The notes under the pieces are model-generated. The model saw only the letters and a list, made by a program, of their open reading frames with translations, was not told where the DNA came from and searched no databases. A stretch of DNA of 57,692 bases, the filler included, from Sphacelaria rigidula (taxonomy: Eukaryota): NCBI GenBank assembly GCA_964200075.2. It is 8 parts of 8 records of this genome, joined end to end, with 100 filler letters (N's around TTAATTAATTAA, not from the genome) between each part and the next. Parts side by side here need not be neighbours in the genome. Positions count along the whole stretch, not along the records: positions 21,674 to 28,797 come from CAXNAA020016370.1; positions 28,898 to 36,021 come from CAXNAA020016371.1; 6 more parts are not named here. One strand, written 5' to 3'. The first letter of the stretch is position 1. The number at the start of each line of letters is the position of its first letter. Shown here one piece after another: positions 24,591 through 36,121 of this stretch. The translations under genes were made by a program, and so were the position numbers.

Positions 24591-25130
24591 GTGCGGCGCC
24601 AAGGATGGTGGTCGGGGGGGGCAGAAGGGCAATACGTACTTGGTCAGTCGTTCATTCAGTCGCCCCATAAAAAAGAGAAAATCCGGTCACCACGGATGCT
24701 GGAGCCGTTTCTGTATGATTGTCATTCACTGTCACTTATTTTTGTATTGTTGCTATAATCACGGTAGGAAATGTGTTTTTATTATTACTTGTTTGTTGCT
24801 TTACCATGAGAAAAAAAAACTGTTGGTTCCACGTCGACGAATCTTCAGCTCTACTGTAGTGAAATGACTTTATGGATGAAAGTTATCTGTATTTATATAT
24901 ACTTGACAGATGATAGGATACATTGCGTGATATGATGCAAGAATCAGAAGTGATGGCGGGTATAATTGTTCGATGCGTGTTGTGTGGGTATCATACCCTG
25001 TACCAAGATGAGTGTCATCAGTACAAGACTGTAGTGTGATGACCCTGTGGCGTGGTGTACGTGCGTCGTATCATGACATGAACGAACAGAACGATTTTCA
25101 TAGTCAACACGGGGATACAGCGGCATTACG

Positions 25131-25164
<34 letters not shown>

Positions 25165-25377
25165 ACCCCCCCCCACAAAGACGCGCTCGCATGCTGCCCC
25201 CACTCCCCCCTCCACATCNNNNNNNNNNGGGAAAAAGGGGCATTTCCCCCCCCCCCCCCCCCCCCGATCCCCATCGTAAACTACTACAAAGCACTTTGTG
25301 GCTGTTGTGCACCATCGCTCGCCTCTTTTGATCTACATGCAATCGGCGGTTGGCAACGACATGTGCAGCCAGTCGCC

Positions 25378-25379
<2 letters not shown>

Positions 25380-25441
<62 letters not shown>
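25380..25441. repeat. (GT)n microsatellite
   Basis: About 30 perfect units. Confidence 0.98.
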
Positions 25442-25442
<1 letters not shown>

Positions 25443-26465
25443 AACAACTGTTCTCAAGTTCGATTTTTGACGACTTTCATTTTCGCACATGTGGCATTGT
25501 TGTCACCCCGCCGTCGAAACCTTCGAATCTTTCGACCGCGCCTATGCTGTCTTGTGCTGCGTATGGTCGTGGGGAGCTTGCGTCGTGTGCTCGACAGCGT
25601 CGCGCTTGTTGTGGGAAGATGGCCTGTTTGTATATGGGTAGGCGGTATGTGGGCCCTATTTTTTCAGGGAAGAAGATATAGGGTGTTCAGTAGGTGGCAC
25701 GACTTTAGCACAGAGCTATTCGGAACGTTTAGAACATTTTTCCGCCAATGGGTGGAAGCGTGCTGCAGCAATATCAGCCTTTATAATTGAGAGATGCGAG
25801 CGGGAGCCCGTTTTTTCTTTTTCTTTTTCGGTCTTGGCAGGCGTCCTGCCTGGAGCTTCTGCTCGTGCGTGCTCGTTGACAAGCCCTCGTACGTTACGTG
25901 CGTGATGATCACTGGTACTGTCGACTGTTTGCTCGAGAGATCACAGTTTTTACTGTTCCGTTTTGCTGGAACCGTGAGTGGTGTGGCCAGCGTGCTTGCT
26001 GCTTGTTGGTGCTGGCTTTTTTTATGTATTACGAGACCACAAACACGCGGCATGTTACTGTGCTTGCCGGCAATGGCCTTTTTTTGCTCTTCCGACCAGG
26101 CGTTTTCTCTCCTTCGGAAGAACTATCTTGACTGTCCCCCCCCCTTTTACAGGAAGGATATGAATTAGGCACTAGTCAGAGTAGAGTATGGCGTTGGCCG
26201 GTAGTGAAGTGATTTTCGTCCGAGGGTTCCAATCGCAGTCTCGCGGAGATGGGTTCGGTGGAAGTAACAGTAGAATTTGTGCGAGACAACCTCCGACCGC
26301 CTGTTCAACTGTGCCTCGACGAGGGATTTCGGCAGTCACGAGGACAAAGGTTGTGGCTCTCCGGAAAACACGAATGATGAAGGTCCTTGTCTTGTTATTT
26401 CTGTTGCGCGGGGGGAGGGGGGGGGCGGGGGAGGGGGGTACTCATTTGTTTCTTGCCTATATTAA

Positions 26466-26583
26466 CTCTTTTGGAACCTATTGGTTATTTCTGTTTTTGT
26501 GGATCGGCATCATTGTCAGTCATTTTCACGTCAAAATGATGCCGATTTACAAAAACAAAAATTGTGACTTGGTTCCAAAAGGG
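26466..26583. mobile_element. piggyBac-like MITE
   Basis: TTAA|CTCTTTTGGAACC...GGTTCCAAAAGGG|TTAA with internal ATCGGCATCATT/AATGATGCCGAT inverted repeat. Confidence 0.82.
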
Positions 26584-27016
26584 TTAAGACGTTCGACCAT
26601 GAACCACGCATCTCTTTCGAGACGCAGCCTTTTCTTTTGTTGCTGGGTAGGGAAACTACTGACTCGTGGGCCAAGTGAAGGAAAATATGCGGAAACGATA
26701 CCATCGCGGGCGCGTGTGTTTGCGTGTGACACAAGGCAGAAGAGCATCAGATCTCGCTGTTGACTTTGCGCCTGGCCTGCCGGGTGAATTTTCAGCTACA
26801 GGTCGGGGCATGTGATCCCGAGAAGAACGGACAAAATTCAGTTTTTTACTGCAAGAGCTGGAGGTGAAACGACGATGGGGCGAAAGTGGAAAAATAAAAC
26901 GGCAACACCTTTTTACTCATCTGTTTTTTTGTTTTCAAAGATGAGAACACGATGGGATAAAAAAAAACGAGAATGAGCAAATAAAAATAACGAACAGTCC
27001 CCCTCCAGTGTTGTGT

Positions 27017-27090
27017 GCTCCATCTCGAAAGGGATGCGTGGTCAATGGTCAAACGACTAAGGCAAGCAACAAATGAGCACGCCCCCCCCC
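27017..27090 (+). mobile_element. Oligo(C)-tailed repeat, type B, 5'-truncated, with target-site duplication
   Basis: GGGATGCGTGGTCAATGGTCAAACGACTAAGGCAAGCAACAAATGAGCAC plus C9, flanked by direct repeat CCAGTGTTGTGT (27005-27016, 27089-27100). Relatives at 26411-26625(-) and 35927-36015(-). Confidence 0.8.
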
Positions 27091-27231
27091 AGTGTTGTGT
27101 CGATACAATCTCTGTACAGGCTCCGCGTGAGGGAATCATGTACTACTGTACTATCCATACCGATACTTTCGTACTGTACAGTGATACCATGAACACATGG
27201 AGCGTTCGGACCCAACTTTTGTGGCATAGGG

Positions 27232-28072
27232 CCCACAGATAAGGGTAAGAATTTTGACTGGCGCGATTTTTCGACCAATCAGAGCTTCCCAATATACCAA
27301 AATGCGGTGAGCTCTAGTTCAATCAGATGAGAGAATCGAGTGGGAATTGAGTGGTCAAATAGCTGGGATTGGCGCACACATTGCGCCGCTGCCAGTCAGA
27401 CACCTATCATCAATCGCTTGGGATACCGCAGCTCCGTTCTGGCTCAGTTTGTTTGCCCCAACCTGCACGCGTCCGCCTTGCGTGTCTTCTCCGAGCACAG
27501 CACCCGACTACAACTCAAGTACCAAAGAAGACGCAACAGGCAGCTGCACAGGCGTCACGTAATCGCCTCAACTTTGTGCACAGTACCTTGATCCCACCCC
27601 AGTTCTGTGCATACCGAAACACGGCATGCAGCAGTACAACTGTTGAGGCCCTCTCCAGCGCACATCACACCATATTCTTCGTAGAGTGCTTAAATAAATG
27701 CACAACAGCACAGCGACAACTACAGCATAAAAATGATGGGTGTTGGAAGCGCCTTGTTCGTTTGACGGAAGACGAAACAGCCAACACACAGCAGTGTGTA
27801 GACAGCACTGCGTGCCGAAAAACGCAAGTTTCCTCATTTTTCTGTAAAGACGAAGGCAGTGACACTAAGGCAGCNNNNNNNNNNGAGGACGTGAGTGTGT
27901 TTGTGCTGCAGCACGGTGAAACAGCACACGTCCGATGTGATGATAGTTCTTCCCCTCATTTCAGACGGTTCCTCAATTTTTCCCGAGTACCGACTTTTAA
28001 ACGCTCGGCCATGAATGATCGCGCTTCGCCCCAAAATTTTTAATTTAACTTGGAGTTACCCCTATCTGTGGG
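27232..28072. mobile_element. Non-autonomous DNA transposon with CCC...GGG termini
   Basis: TIR CCCACAGATA(A/G)GGGTAA at both ends; interior ~27380-27980 homologous to ~40810-41490 on the - strand. Confidence 0.72.
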
Positions 28073-28797
28073 AGGCCAGCCACTTTTTTTGGTGAGCGAC
28101 TGTAAAGACGCAAGCACTGTAAGACACGTGTGGAAAACGCATGGTCGATCACCTCAAGAGCGCTGAAAGACGGCAGTCAAACCCACGACTGCAAGATTGC
28201 CGAGTTGGGTTTGTCTCGGTTCAGCACCTTGTTTTGACACATTTTTAAAGAGTCCTTACCCCAACTCTAACCCCAACGCAAGGCAGGCCGAGAACCCTCG
28301 TACAAGGGGAGTGCAGAGGGTGCCCTAGGCCAACTGTGCGTTGGCAAACCTCAAGTCGGCGCCAGGACAATAACGCGTTCTGCGCATGCTAAGATGCACT
28401 CGTGACTGGTCAGCCCCATGAAAAACCCGGGTCTCGGTGTTCACACCCAAAATCAAATAATAACGATCATGGATAGAATGGCGCCGAACTGAGACAAAAT
28501 CTACAGAGATGGCCGAAAAGGTTATCGGTGCTTGACACCATTACATTGTATATCATCCCCTTCTCCCCCTTCCTCACCTCCACGGCGGGCGCCCCGAATA
28601 AAACACCGTCAGCGGATGAGTTTTCCGCCATTTTGGAGTCATCCCACGATAGGGGGGGGGGTATTTGGTTGCACGAAAAAATAGGTTCATAAGTGTGTCA
28701 GACATCCTTCCATACTTGCGTTGCGCTTGTTTTTGGTTGCAAACGGTGTCAGGCAGTATGGATGATTGTTATTGATCCACAACAAGCTTGTTCGAAC

Positions 28798-28897
28798 NNN
28801 NNNNNNNNNNNNNNNNNNNNNNNNNNNNNNNNNNNNNNNNNTTAATTAATTAANNNNNNNNNNNNNNNNNNNNNNNNNNNNNNNNNNNNNNNNNNNN
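28798..28897. other. Artificial scaffold linker
   Basis: N44-TTAATTAATTAA-N44. Confidence 0.98.
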
Positions 28898-29736
28898 ACA
28901 GTCACCTGCGGCTTCAGTCCACACATACGTCAAGTGTCAGTATCATCAGACTCCTGGTGTACTGTGTTGGGGTGCCTAATCTCCAAAAACACCGCCTTCA
29001 TACTATTGAAAAGTGTTACAGAGTGGTAAACACGTGACAGCAGTTGTGGGTCACCTGGGTCTTTCATTCTCTGATCAAGTCAACACGATGCCGATGCAAC
29101 ACATGCCCTACCCTCGCCGTAGAAGGGTAAGCTTGTCCACTCGTCTAGGGTGATCGAGCACGCCCGTCCCTCCCAAACATGATAATGACATGTGACATGT
29201 ATGCTATGTGCCACAACTCATGTTCATCACAATGCACGACAGTCGTGCCGCACGAACTAGGGTGAAAATGAATCAAAGAGTCGTGTCTGACAAACCGCAG
29301 TTGCAAAATATGCAGCAAAATGGAGGGTTTTGTCAGACGAAATGGCCGGGGAACCGTGCATTTGATTCATGCCACACAAACTTCAGGGGAAAAAAAAAAG
29401 GTTGGGTTAGTTAGTGGTTGTGTGCAAAAGGTAGGATGCATATATTGGACCAAAGACCGGCAGTCTGTCATCATGTTTTCAACGCAGTGTGTCGCTCGAA
29501 TCACGAACATGTAAAATGTAGGAACCAAACTCGTATACGAATCAACAGTCAAATTGAAGATGAGAATCATGACCTTCTTCGTCCCACCGTTGGATAGGTG
29601 TTAGAAAATCCTTCGGAATTTACCGTATCCACTGTCATGTCGAACCCTCACCCCCCAAAATGAGCCCAAAAAGTGTCACCGACAAAAAGCACGAACAGAT
29701 CGGAGATGACGTTCATCCTCTGACTATGCACGATCG

Positions 29737-29972
29737 AAATCCCATAAAGTACTGGTGCTTTTGGAGTTTATTTGTTCCGGAGGACGAACCACGGCTTGGC
29801 TCGGCTACTCACCGCCGTGTAATCGTCCTAGCTACGTTTTTACGGGTTGGTTTGACCCAAAACGTTACGTTGATCGAGAAAATCGCCAAAAACCATATCC
29901 TCTTCACTTCATTCGTGGTAAAACTCGCATCCTGATGAAGAAGATAAATTCAACCCGTCTAATTGTAGCTGT
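29737..29972 (+). repeat. 236-bp direct repeat, copy 1
   Basis: High, ungapped similarity to 34263-34498. Confidence 0.92.
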
Positions 29973-30706
29973 CGTCTTGGCGCAGATGATGCAAACACTC
30001 GCATCCCAATCGATGGCCGTGGCGATGAGCATTCTTTAGAACAGATTGGGCTGTGATCGGCAAACACTCACCCCTAACCCTCTCCGGTCTCGACAAAAAC
30101 CGAGAACCTAGCCACTGTGTAACGGGCTTGGAATAAATGACACCCATGAACCATGACTGACTCCTGATAGTGCAGATGGTTGATACATCGGATACGTGGT
30201 ATCTTGTAAAATTTGAACCTTCGACCGAGCCCCCAGAATCATTTTCGCGATCTCGCAGCGGCGGAGAGAACAAATCGTAACACTTGCCCTCACGAAGGAA
30301 TACTGAGAACCATCGGGCAAGGCGGGTGCAACGTGTTTCGTAGGCGGAGGGTGCGTTGCCAGACCTCGAATCAGCGCCCTAGGCGACGATTTGGAACAGA
30401 ACGCGTTCTGGGACGCTAGTGGAATGCTAGGAGCACAGCCCACATGAAAGATGCGGATTTCCGTTTACACACCAAGATCAAGATTGACCGACTCACGCTC
30501 CCGAATGGGAAAGTATACTGCGCCAAGACCACACAAAGTCGTCGGCCCGCTTTCGCTGAAGCCACATGGCACCGAAGCCCCAATCATGTCTTTCAGCGGA
30601 CCCACCCCTCCTAAGACACGCCTAGGTTGTATCGGCAATGGTGGGTGACGGACGACCGTTTGTTTCCATTCCCTCTTGCGAAAAAACATCTTTGGAGTCC
30701 GATGAA

Positions 30707-30805
30707 CCCCTAGGCCGCGAGGGTAGTCCATCTGGACCATGAGTACTTTTTTCAGTGAAAAGTGGTGCCGACTCAGCATGTGACCAAACCGTCGCGGTTC
30801 AAGGG
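30707..30805. mobile_element. piggyBac-like MITE, diverged copy
   Basis: Aligns with 21373-21477 (GGGTAGTCCATCTGGA...TGGTGCCGA...AAGGG). Confidence 0.7.
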
Positions 30806-31956
30806 CTGATTAATATCATATTCATCAGGTGAAACGCCATGCCCACGGAACAACAAATACACTTTGAAACGCGAGTCATTTGTCCGACAAAAGTTGTGCA
30901 ATCGTGGCAGCAGATAAATCAGGCTCCTCAAAACATGAGGTGGTGGACCAACACCCGCCCAGCCCACATTACACACCCGGTGACTATTTGTACTCCACTC
31001 GTCTGTGGAAGGGCCGTCCTCGTTAACGTTCATCAGTACCTATGACTTCGTCGCGTGTTGAGCACATCATGTTCACCCAACTTTGATCCGCCCAAGAAGC
31101 GGTTCAGCTTCCTGGTTTCACTTACCAGCGTTGGGCTACAAATGCTCATGATTGATATTACTTGATTTGAGTGCGTACAACGTGAATCATAATTTGAGTG
31201 GCGCTGACTGTCCCGTGTCCTCATCGACTGCGCAGAACGCGTTTTCATTGAAAGTTGCGCCACAGAAACCAATTTGGGTTTGACCAAGGCCTCACTTGCT
31301 TCAGGGAATGTATGTACAGCCCTTGTCCGAGTGTTCTCGGTGTGCGTTGGGTTCTTCCTACCCAATCAGCCTCCTTGCATGCCAGGGTATCGCAAGCGTG
31401 GACGAAAGGTGACGCAGTGGCATGTAATATATTAGGAACAACGGAAATAACGGTAGGGTTCTGGTTTTAGATGGCAGTCCACTTTTTCTCGATATGAATT
31501 TTGGATCCATGCCGTTCCCTTCAGATGACGTAAGGCACATTTTACTCCACGAGCCTGGATGAGGCCCAGAAGTTGGCCTGTTCGTGATACTGGTCGGTGA
31601 CACTTTTTTTGCCCATTTTGGGGGGTCAGGCGCGCTTCTAAAAGTAGTGACTGGATCCGAACCATTCCTGCTCCTCCCTAACCTCAAGTATGTACATGTA
31701 CCACCTGAACCACCAGAGCGCGGTAACAACATAACGCCATCACTTCAATCACATGGGGAATCGGGGGGGGGGGGGGGGGGGGGGGGGGGGAATTGCCTAG
31801 TTGTTACATATCGCTCCCGACCTTACAAGTTGCAAAAAACTGAAATGAAGGACGCATGGATATCGAATAGCTATTTCCGAGCGTCACATCCATCGCCCCC
31901 GAATACCTTTTCAAAACGAACGAGCTGAAAATCCAGCGATCACTCAACAGCCGGTT

Positions 31957-32212
31957 GCTCCGTTGGCTCAGTTGGTAGCCTCGAAACCCCCTGACGGTTG
32001 AGTCGTGGGATCGAATCTCTGAGCGATCTGGGACTTTCTTCTCACACATGCCCAACATTGGAAAGCGACCACGTCATGGGTAGACGACCTCGACTTAACG
32101 GTCGACAGGGGAAAGGAACTGCTGAACCCCTCTCGCGATGAAAAAAGTGAAGGCCAGCACAGCAAAGTGAACGTGGTTGAGCAACTCTAAAAAACAAAAC
32201 AGAGAAAAAAAC
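31957..32212 (+). mobile_element. tRNA-derived SINE
   Basis: Pol III A box TGGCTCAGTTGG (31964-31975) and B box GGATCGAATC (32008-32017); no intact anticodon arm; ~170-bp body and A-rich tail. Confidence 0.65.
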
Positions 32213-34262
32213 GAATGTGTTGGCCGTTCTTCAGAGTGTTACCAGCTGGTGCGCCCACATATACCCAGAGGTGTAGACCAAAATCCAGAATAAATGGGAT
32301 GACAACACACAACAACACACAACCAACCTTCAATAAATGAAAAGCCAGTTTTTTTGCTGAAATGGCATTTCATGTACATATCCTTCGCTTTTCTGGTTTA
32401 TTATGGGGAGGTCGGATCACTCTAACGCTAGCATTTGGGAATCTTTCGGTAGGGTTACTTCAAGGATACACACACATACACGGAGAATGTTGCCCACAAA
32501 AATTGTTTCGTAAAAAATCATACGTCGGACAGAGCATGATCTATCTGAAACAACTCATTCAAGAGTGCTCCCGAGTCCGTTGGTACAAAAACACAAAATA
32601 TGTGACCACGGAGTCAGAAAAACCAAAGCGCAACCTTCGCACAATTCTGCGTACTCAGCGTCAGGGGCTGTGAGGGGCGAACGTAGAAAAAGGGGGCCAA
32701 AGGATCCGGATCATGATTCGTATCGGTATACTGACGGGTAGTTTTCAGACGGTCATCATCTGTGCGACCTGTGTAAAACATGGACCGACTTTGCCCATTT
32801 TATACGATTTTCCCTTGAATTAAGCGATTTCCCGCGGATTTCATCTGTGCAAAGCAGTATGTAATCGCTCGAACACGCTCAGACGAGACGAAGGTAGCGC
32901 AGCTGAGGATAACGAAAACAAGGTATTCGTGAGATTGAGAGTAGCGCGCGAATTGAGAGCGGCTTTGATGACTGGCTTTAACTTAGCCAATTTGTCATGC
33001 CGTGTGTGCTTCTCTGTGCCTCCGTCAGTGCCGTGTTATTGCAGCTACACGTCGATATCTTTCTCAGTGAAATCAAGCGCCTCAGTAGCAAGCTACTACA
33101 GAAACTTAATATGCGCGTGACGAGCGAAGTTACCGTTTTCATGGGCGATGTTACATCATAGGGATCACTCCAGAGCTGAGCAAACAAAACATTCACTTGC
33201 CCGCGTACCAACCAGCAACGCGCCGGGCGCTGCCGTCGTGAATGTTGCCTGCGCTGTCACCTTGATATCCTTCGAATAAAAATTACACAGCTGGTGAGTC
33301 GAGGACTGTTCCATGGAACCCCATGCACTGTATCCAGAAAATGACTTCAATCCTTCACTGCCCAGCTTTACTACGGAAACGACGTTTCCTTGGGAGCACC
33401 CAAAATAGGGACTGAGATACTGGCTCACATTGGCCATCCTCAACAAGTCTCCAAGTTCGCCGGAGTACCGTCGTACACGTGGGCACTCCTGTGGAGCCCG
33501 TTTATAACTAGTTTATGAGAACGTACATCGACACAAACGATAACAACCAAGGCGTTGACCACAGTTCGAATGGTCGCGGGACCCAAGAGGTACGCACCCA
33601 GGCTATTCCGTGGTACAGCGGTGACCCTAAATTTTCACAACTACTAGTATGGCACCAAGAGGACGTCCCAGATTAGCGGTTTGCCCTTTCGCGTCTGACA
33701 CCGAAGCTGTGCGATTAGTGGAACGGCGTCGGACGTGCGAAGCAATTCGGGCGGACGTACAGGCCCATCATCGGGAAATATAAACCTCTCCAACGTCAGT
33801 ATCAGGCATCGTCATAGTGGGTGCGAGATGCACGAATAAACACACCATCTAGCAACGGTCGCGTATGGCCGGCTTCCGAAAATCCAAAATCGTCACGTTT
33901 TGCATTCGGCTAGGGTCAGGATTAGAGTGAGGGCGCTGGTTCGGGAAACCCTGGTACTAAGAAGCGCCGCAAACATGCACACAGAAAGCACTTATCTGGC
34001 ACTTTCCTCCCCTCGGCCTTGCAGTTTGGAACTTTCAACGTCCGATGCCGCGTATGTCCTGGAGTTTTCAAAATCCGACACCGCCACGTTTCGCACCCTC
34101 TTTCTCGGGGATACCGTGAGGGTTCATGTGAAAGTACCGTTTCAGAATTCCTGGTACTATCGAGTGCTGCAAATATGCACACCCTTATTCCGAGTGTTTT
34201 TTCTCGAGGTAGTCATCACGAGCGAAATATATTCTGAGGGGAGCGGGTCGTGCATCGCCGCA

Positions 34263-34498
34263 AAATCCCATAAAGTACTAGTGCTTTTGGAGTTCATTTG
34301 TTCCGGAGGACGAACCACGGCTTGGCTCGGCTACTCACCGCCGTGTATTCGTCCTAGCTACGATTTTACGGGTTGGTTTCACCCAAGACGTTACAGTGAT
34401 CGAGAAAATCGCCAAAAACCATACTCTCTTCCCTTCATTCGTGGTAAAACTCGCATCCTGATGAAGAAGAAAAATTCAACACATCTGATTGTAGCTGT
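34263..34498 (+). repeat. 236-bp direct repeat, copy 2
   Basis: High, ungapped similarity to 29737-29972. Confidence 0.92.
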
Positions 34499-35157
34499 TG
34501 CTCCTCAATTCCAATCGCTCTTCTTCAATATTCATGACGAAAAAACAGACATTACAAACTGTCTGACACGGCGCAAAGCACGACCGTACCACGAAAAAGC
34601 AACACGGCACCGGGCCTTGCTGCTCAACACGGCGCCTACAACTTTTGACGTTCAGGAAGGCATGGAAAGTGACGAGAGCGCCAACACTACTTTACTAGCT
34701 TTCGTCGCCAAGCTGTTGCTGACCAAGCCATATCACACACAGCAGGCTTCGTCAATACCGACATGCACCGGGTGACGCACGAAATGGCCCTGCGCCGTAG
34801 TATTAAACACCCGCCGTAGCTCAACTCTGTGTTAACAAACGTGCCCCTTACGAGTGTGCGTGCGCACACCTCGTGTGCACCAAGCTGCATGCGCAAATCG
34901 GGGAGCTGTCTCCGACATACTTCTAGTCGTGTCAACGAGGAACCCGGGCGGAGAACAGGGCCGTCACGGTTGCAGTTCGAAACGAAAGCGTTGTCGCCCA
35001 ATAGCCCTCGTCAAGGGTCTCTTATGCTTCGTGGTGAAACGGATACCAGCAACGACATAGCACACGGAAAAATACCACACCTCGCTATCCTGCCTGGTCT
35101 ACTACTCATGGAAACTGTATATCGCTCCGGTGAGGCATGTGTGGAGTAAATACTCAC

Positions 35158-35229
35158 CCGTCAGCTGGTTGTCGGCTAAATCCAGCTGCTTCAGCGTCAC
35201 AAGCTGGCCCAACTTGGGAGGTATTCCGC
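35158..35229 (-). CDS. Single 72-nt leucine-rich-repeat exon (one 24-aa LRR, phase 1-1)
   Basis: cacacag|GC GGA ATA CCT...CAG CTG ACG G|gtgagt encodes (G)GIPPKLGQLVTLKQLDLADNQLT(G), matching the GxIPxxLGxLxxLxxLxLxxNxLT consensus. Confidence 0.88.
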
Positions 35230-35428
35230 CTGTGTGTCATACATCGGAGCAACCGATGGAATTGGTCATCATTTATACGCGAAAACAAATCAACCATCAA
35301 GTACAGACTCCGTGCAAGGTGCATGCCGTGACTGGATGGCAACACAGGTACATGTCTGCCCATGTACGTGGAATCGACGTTGTATCAGGGGCAGGTCACT
35401 TTGGTCTTCGGCAGAACTAATTAACCTT

Positions 35429-35857
35429 CGGGGGGCTTGGGGCTGGGGGTGGGGGGGGGGGCGTACTCATGATCATGCATGCCATAGTCATATGACCATC
35501 AATCTCGCATCCTTGAAGGCAGAAGCTCTTTACACCAGGGCGGCGCATGCACTGCGCAAAGTTGATACGGGGTTATAGTGGGTTCATTCCCCACACTGCC
35601 GCGAGGTGGTCAAGCCGAGCCTTCGCGTAATCGTTTTCTCTGGACCAGACTCGCGTTCAATCACCAAGCGCGAAGCGCCGTGGTGCGCTCGGCGAGTCGC
35701 ACGAAGGGTGAGCTTCATCCCGCGAAGACTGCTCGACCCTCAGCCTGTTGATGATCTTGCATTTGGGTGACCACATACAATGAGTGGCATCATTTTCTGG
35801 TATCGCCACAGATAGAAACAGCCATGGCTAATGCACTGCCTCATGGGTGTCTCACCA
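35429..35857 (-). mobile_element. Longest copy (~400 bp) of the type A oligo(C)-tailed repeat
   Basis: Links the 5' module TGGTGAGACACCCATGAGGCAG (also at 48276 and 50278) to the 3' module ...CATGATCATGAGTAC plus C tract. Confidence 0.8.
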
Positions 35858-36021
35858 TGTAAACACCACGTAGTACGATCATCCCCATTGTGCAGAGTTG
35901 AGGTTCTCCCACGCCGCACAACACAACGGGGCGGGGGAGGGGGGGGGGGGGTACTCATTTGTTGCTTGCCTTGGTCATTGGTCCATTTACCACGCACCCC
36001 TTTGGAGCAGGAGCCGGGGGG

Positions 36022-36121
36022 NNNNNNNNNNNNNNNNNNNNNNNNNNNNNNNNNNNNNNNNNNNNTTAATTAATTAANNNNNNNNNNNNNNNNNNNNNNN
36101 NNNNNNNNNNNNNNNNNNNNN
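36022..36121. other. Artificial scaffold linker
   Basis: N44-TTAATTAATTAA-N44. Confidence 0.98.

Noticed and set aside
31957-32030. Intact tRNA gene
   Set aside because: A and B boxes are present but acceptor and anticodon stems do not form properly; treated as a SINE head
33909-33935. Telomere-like TTAGGG variants (also ~28257-28275)
   Set aside because: Only 3-4 degenerate units at internal positions
33900-34775. 291-aa ORF
   Set aside because: Runs through repeat sequence, including the 236-bp direct repeat; no recognisable domain and a non-ATG start
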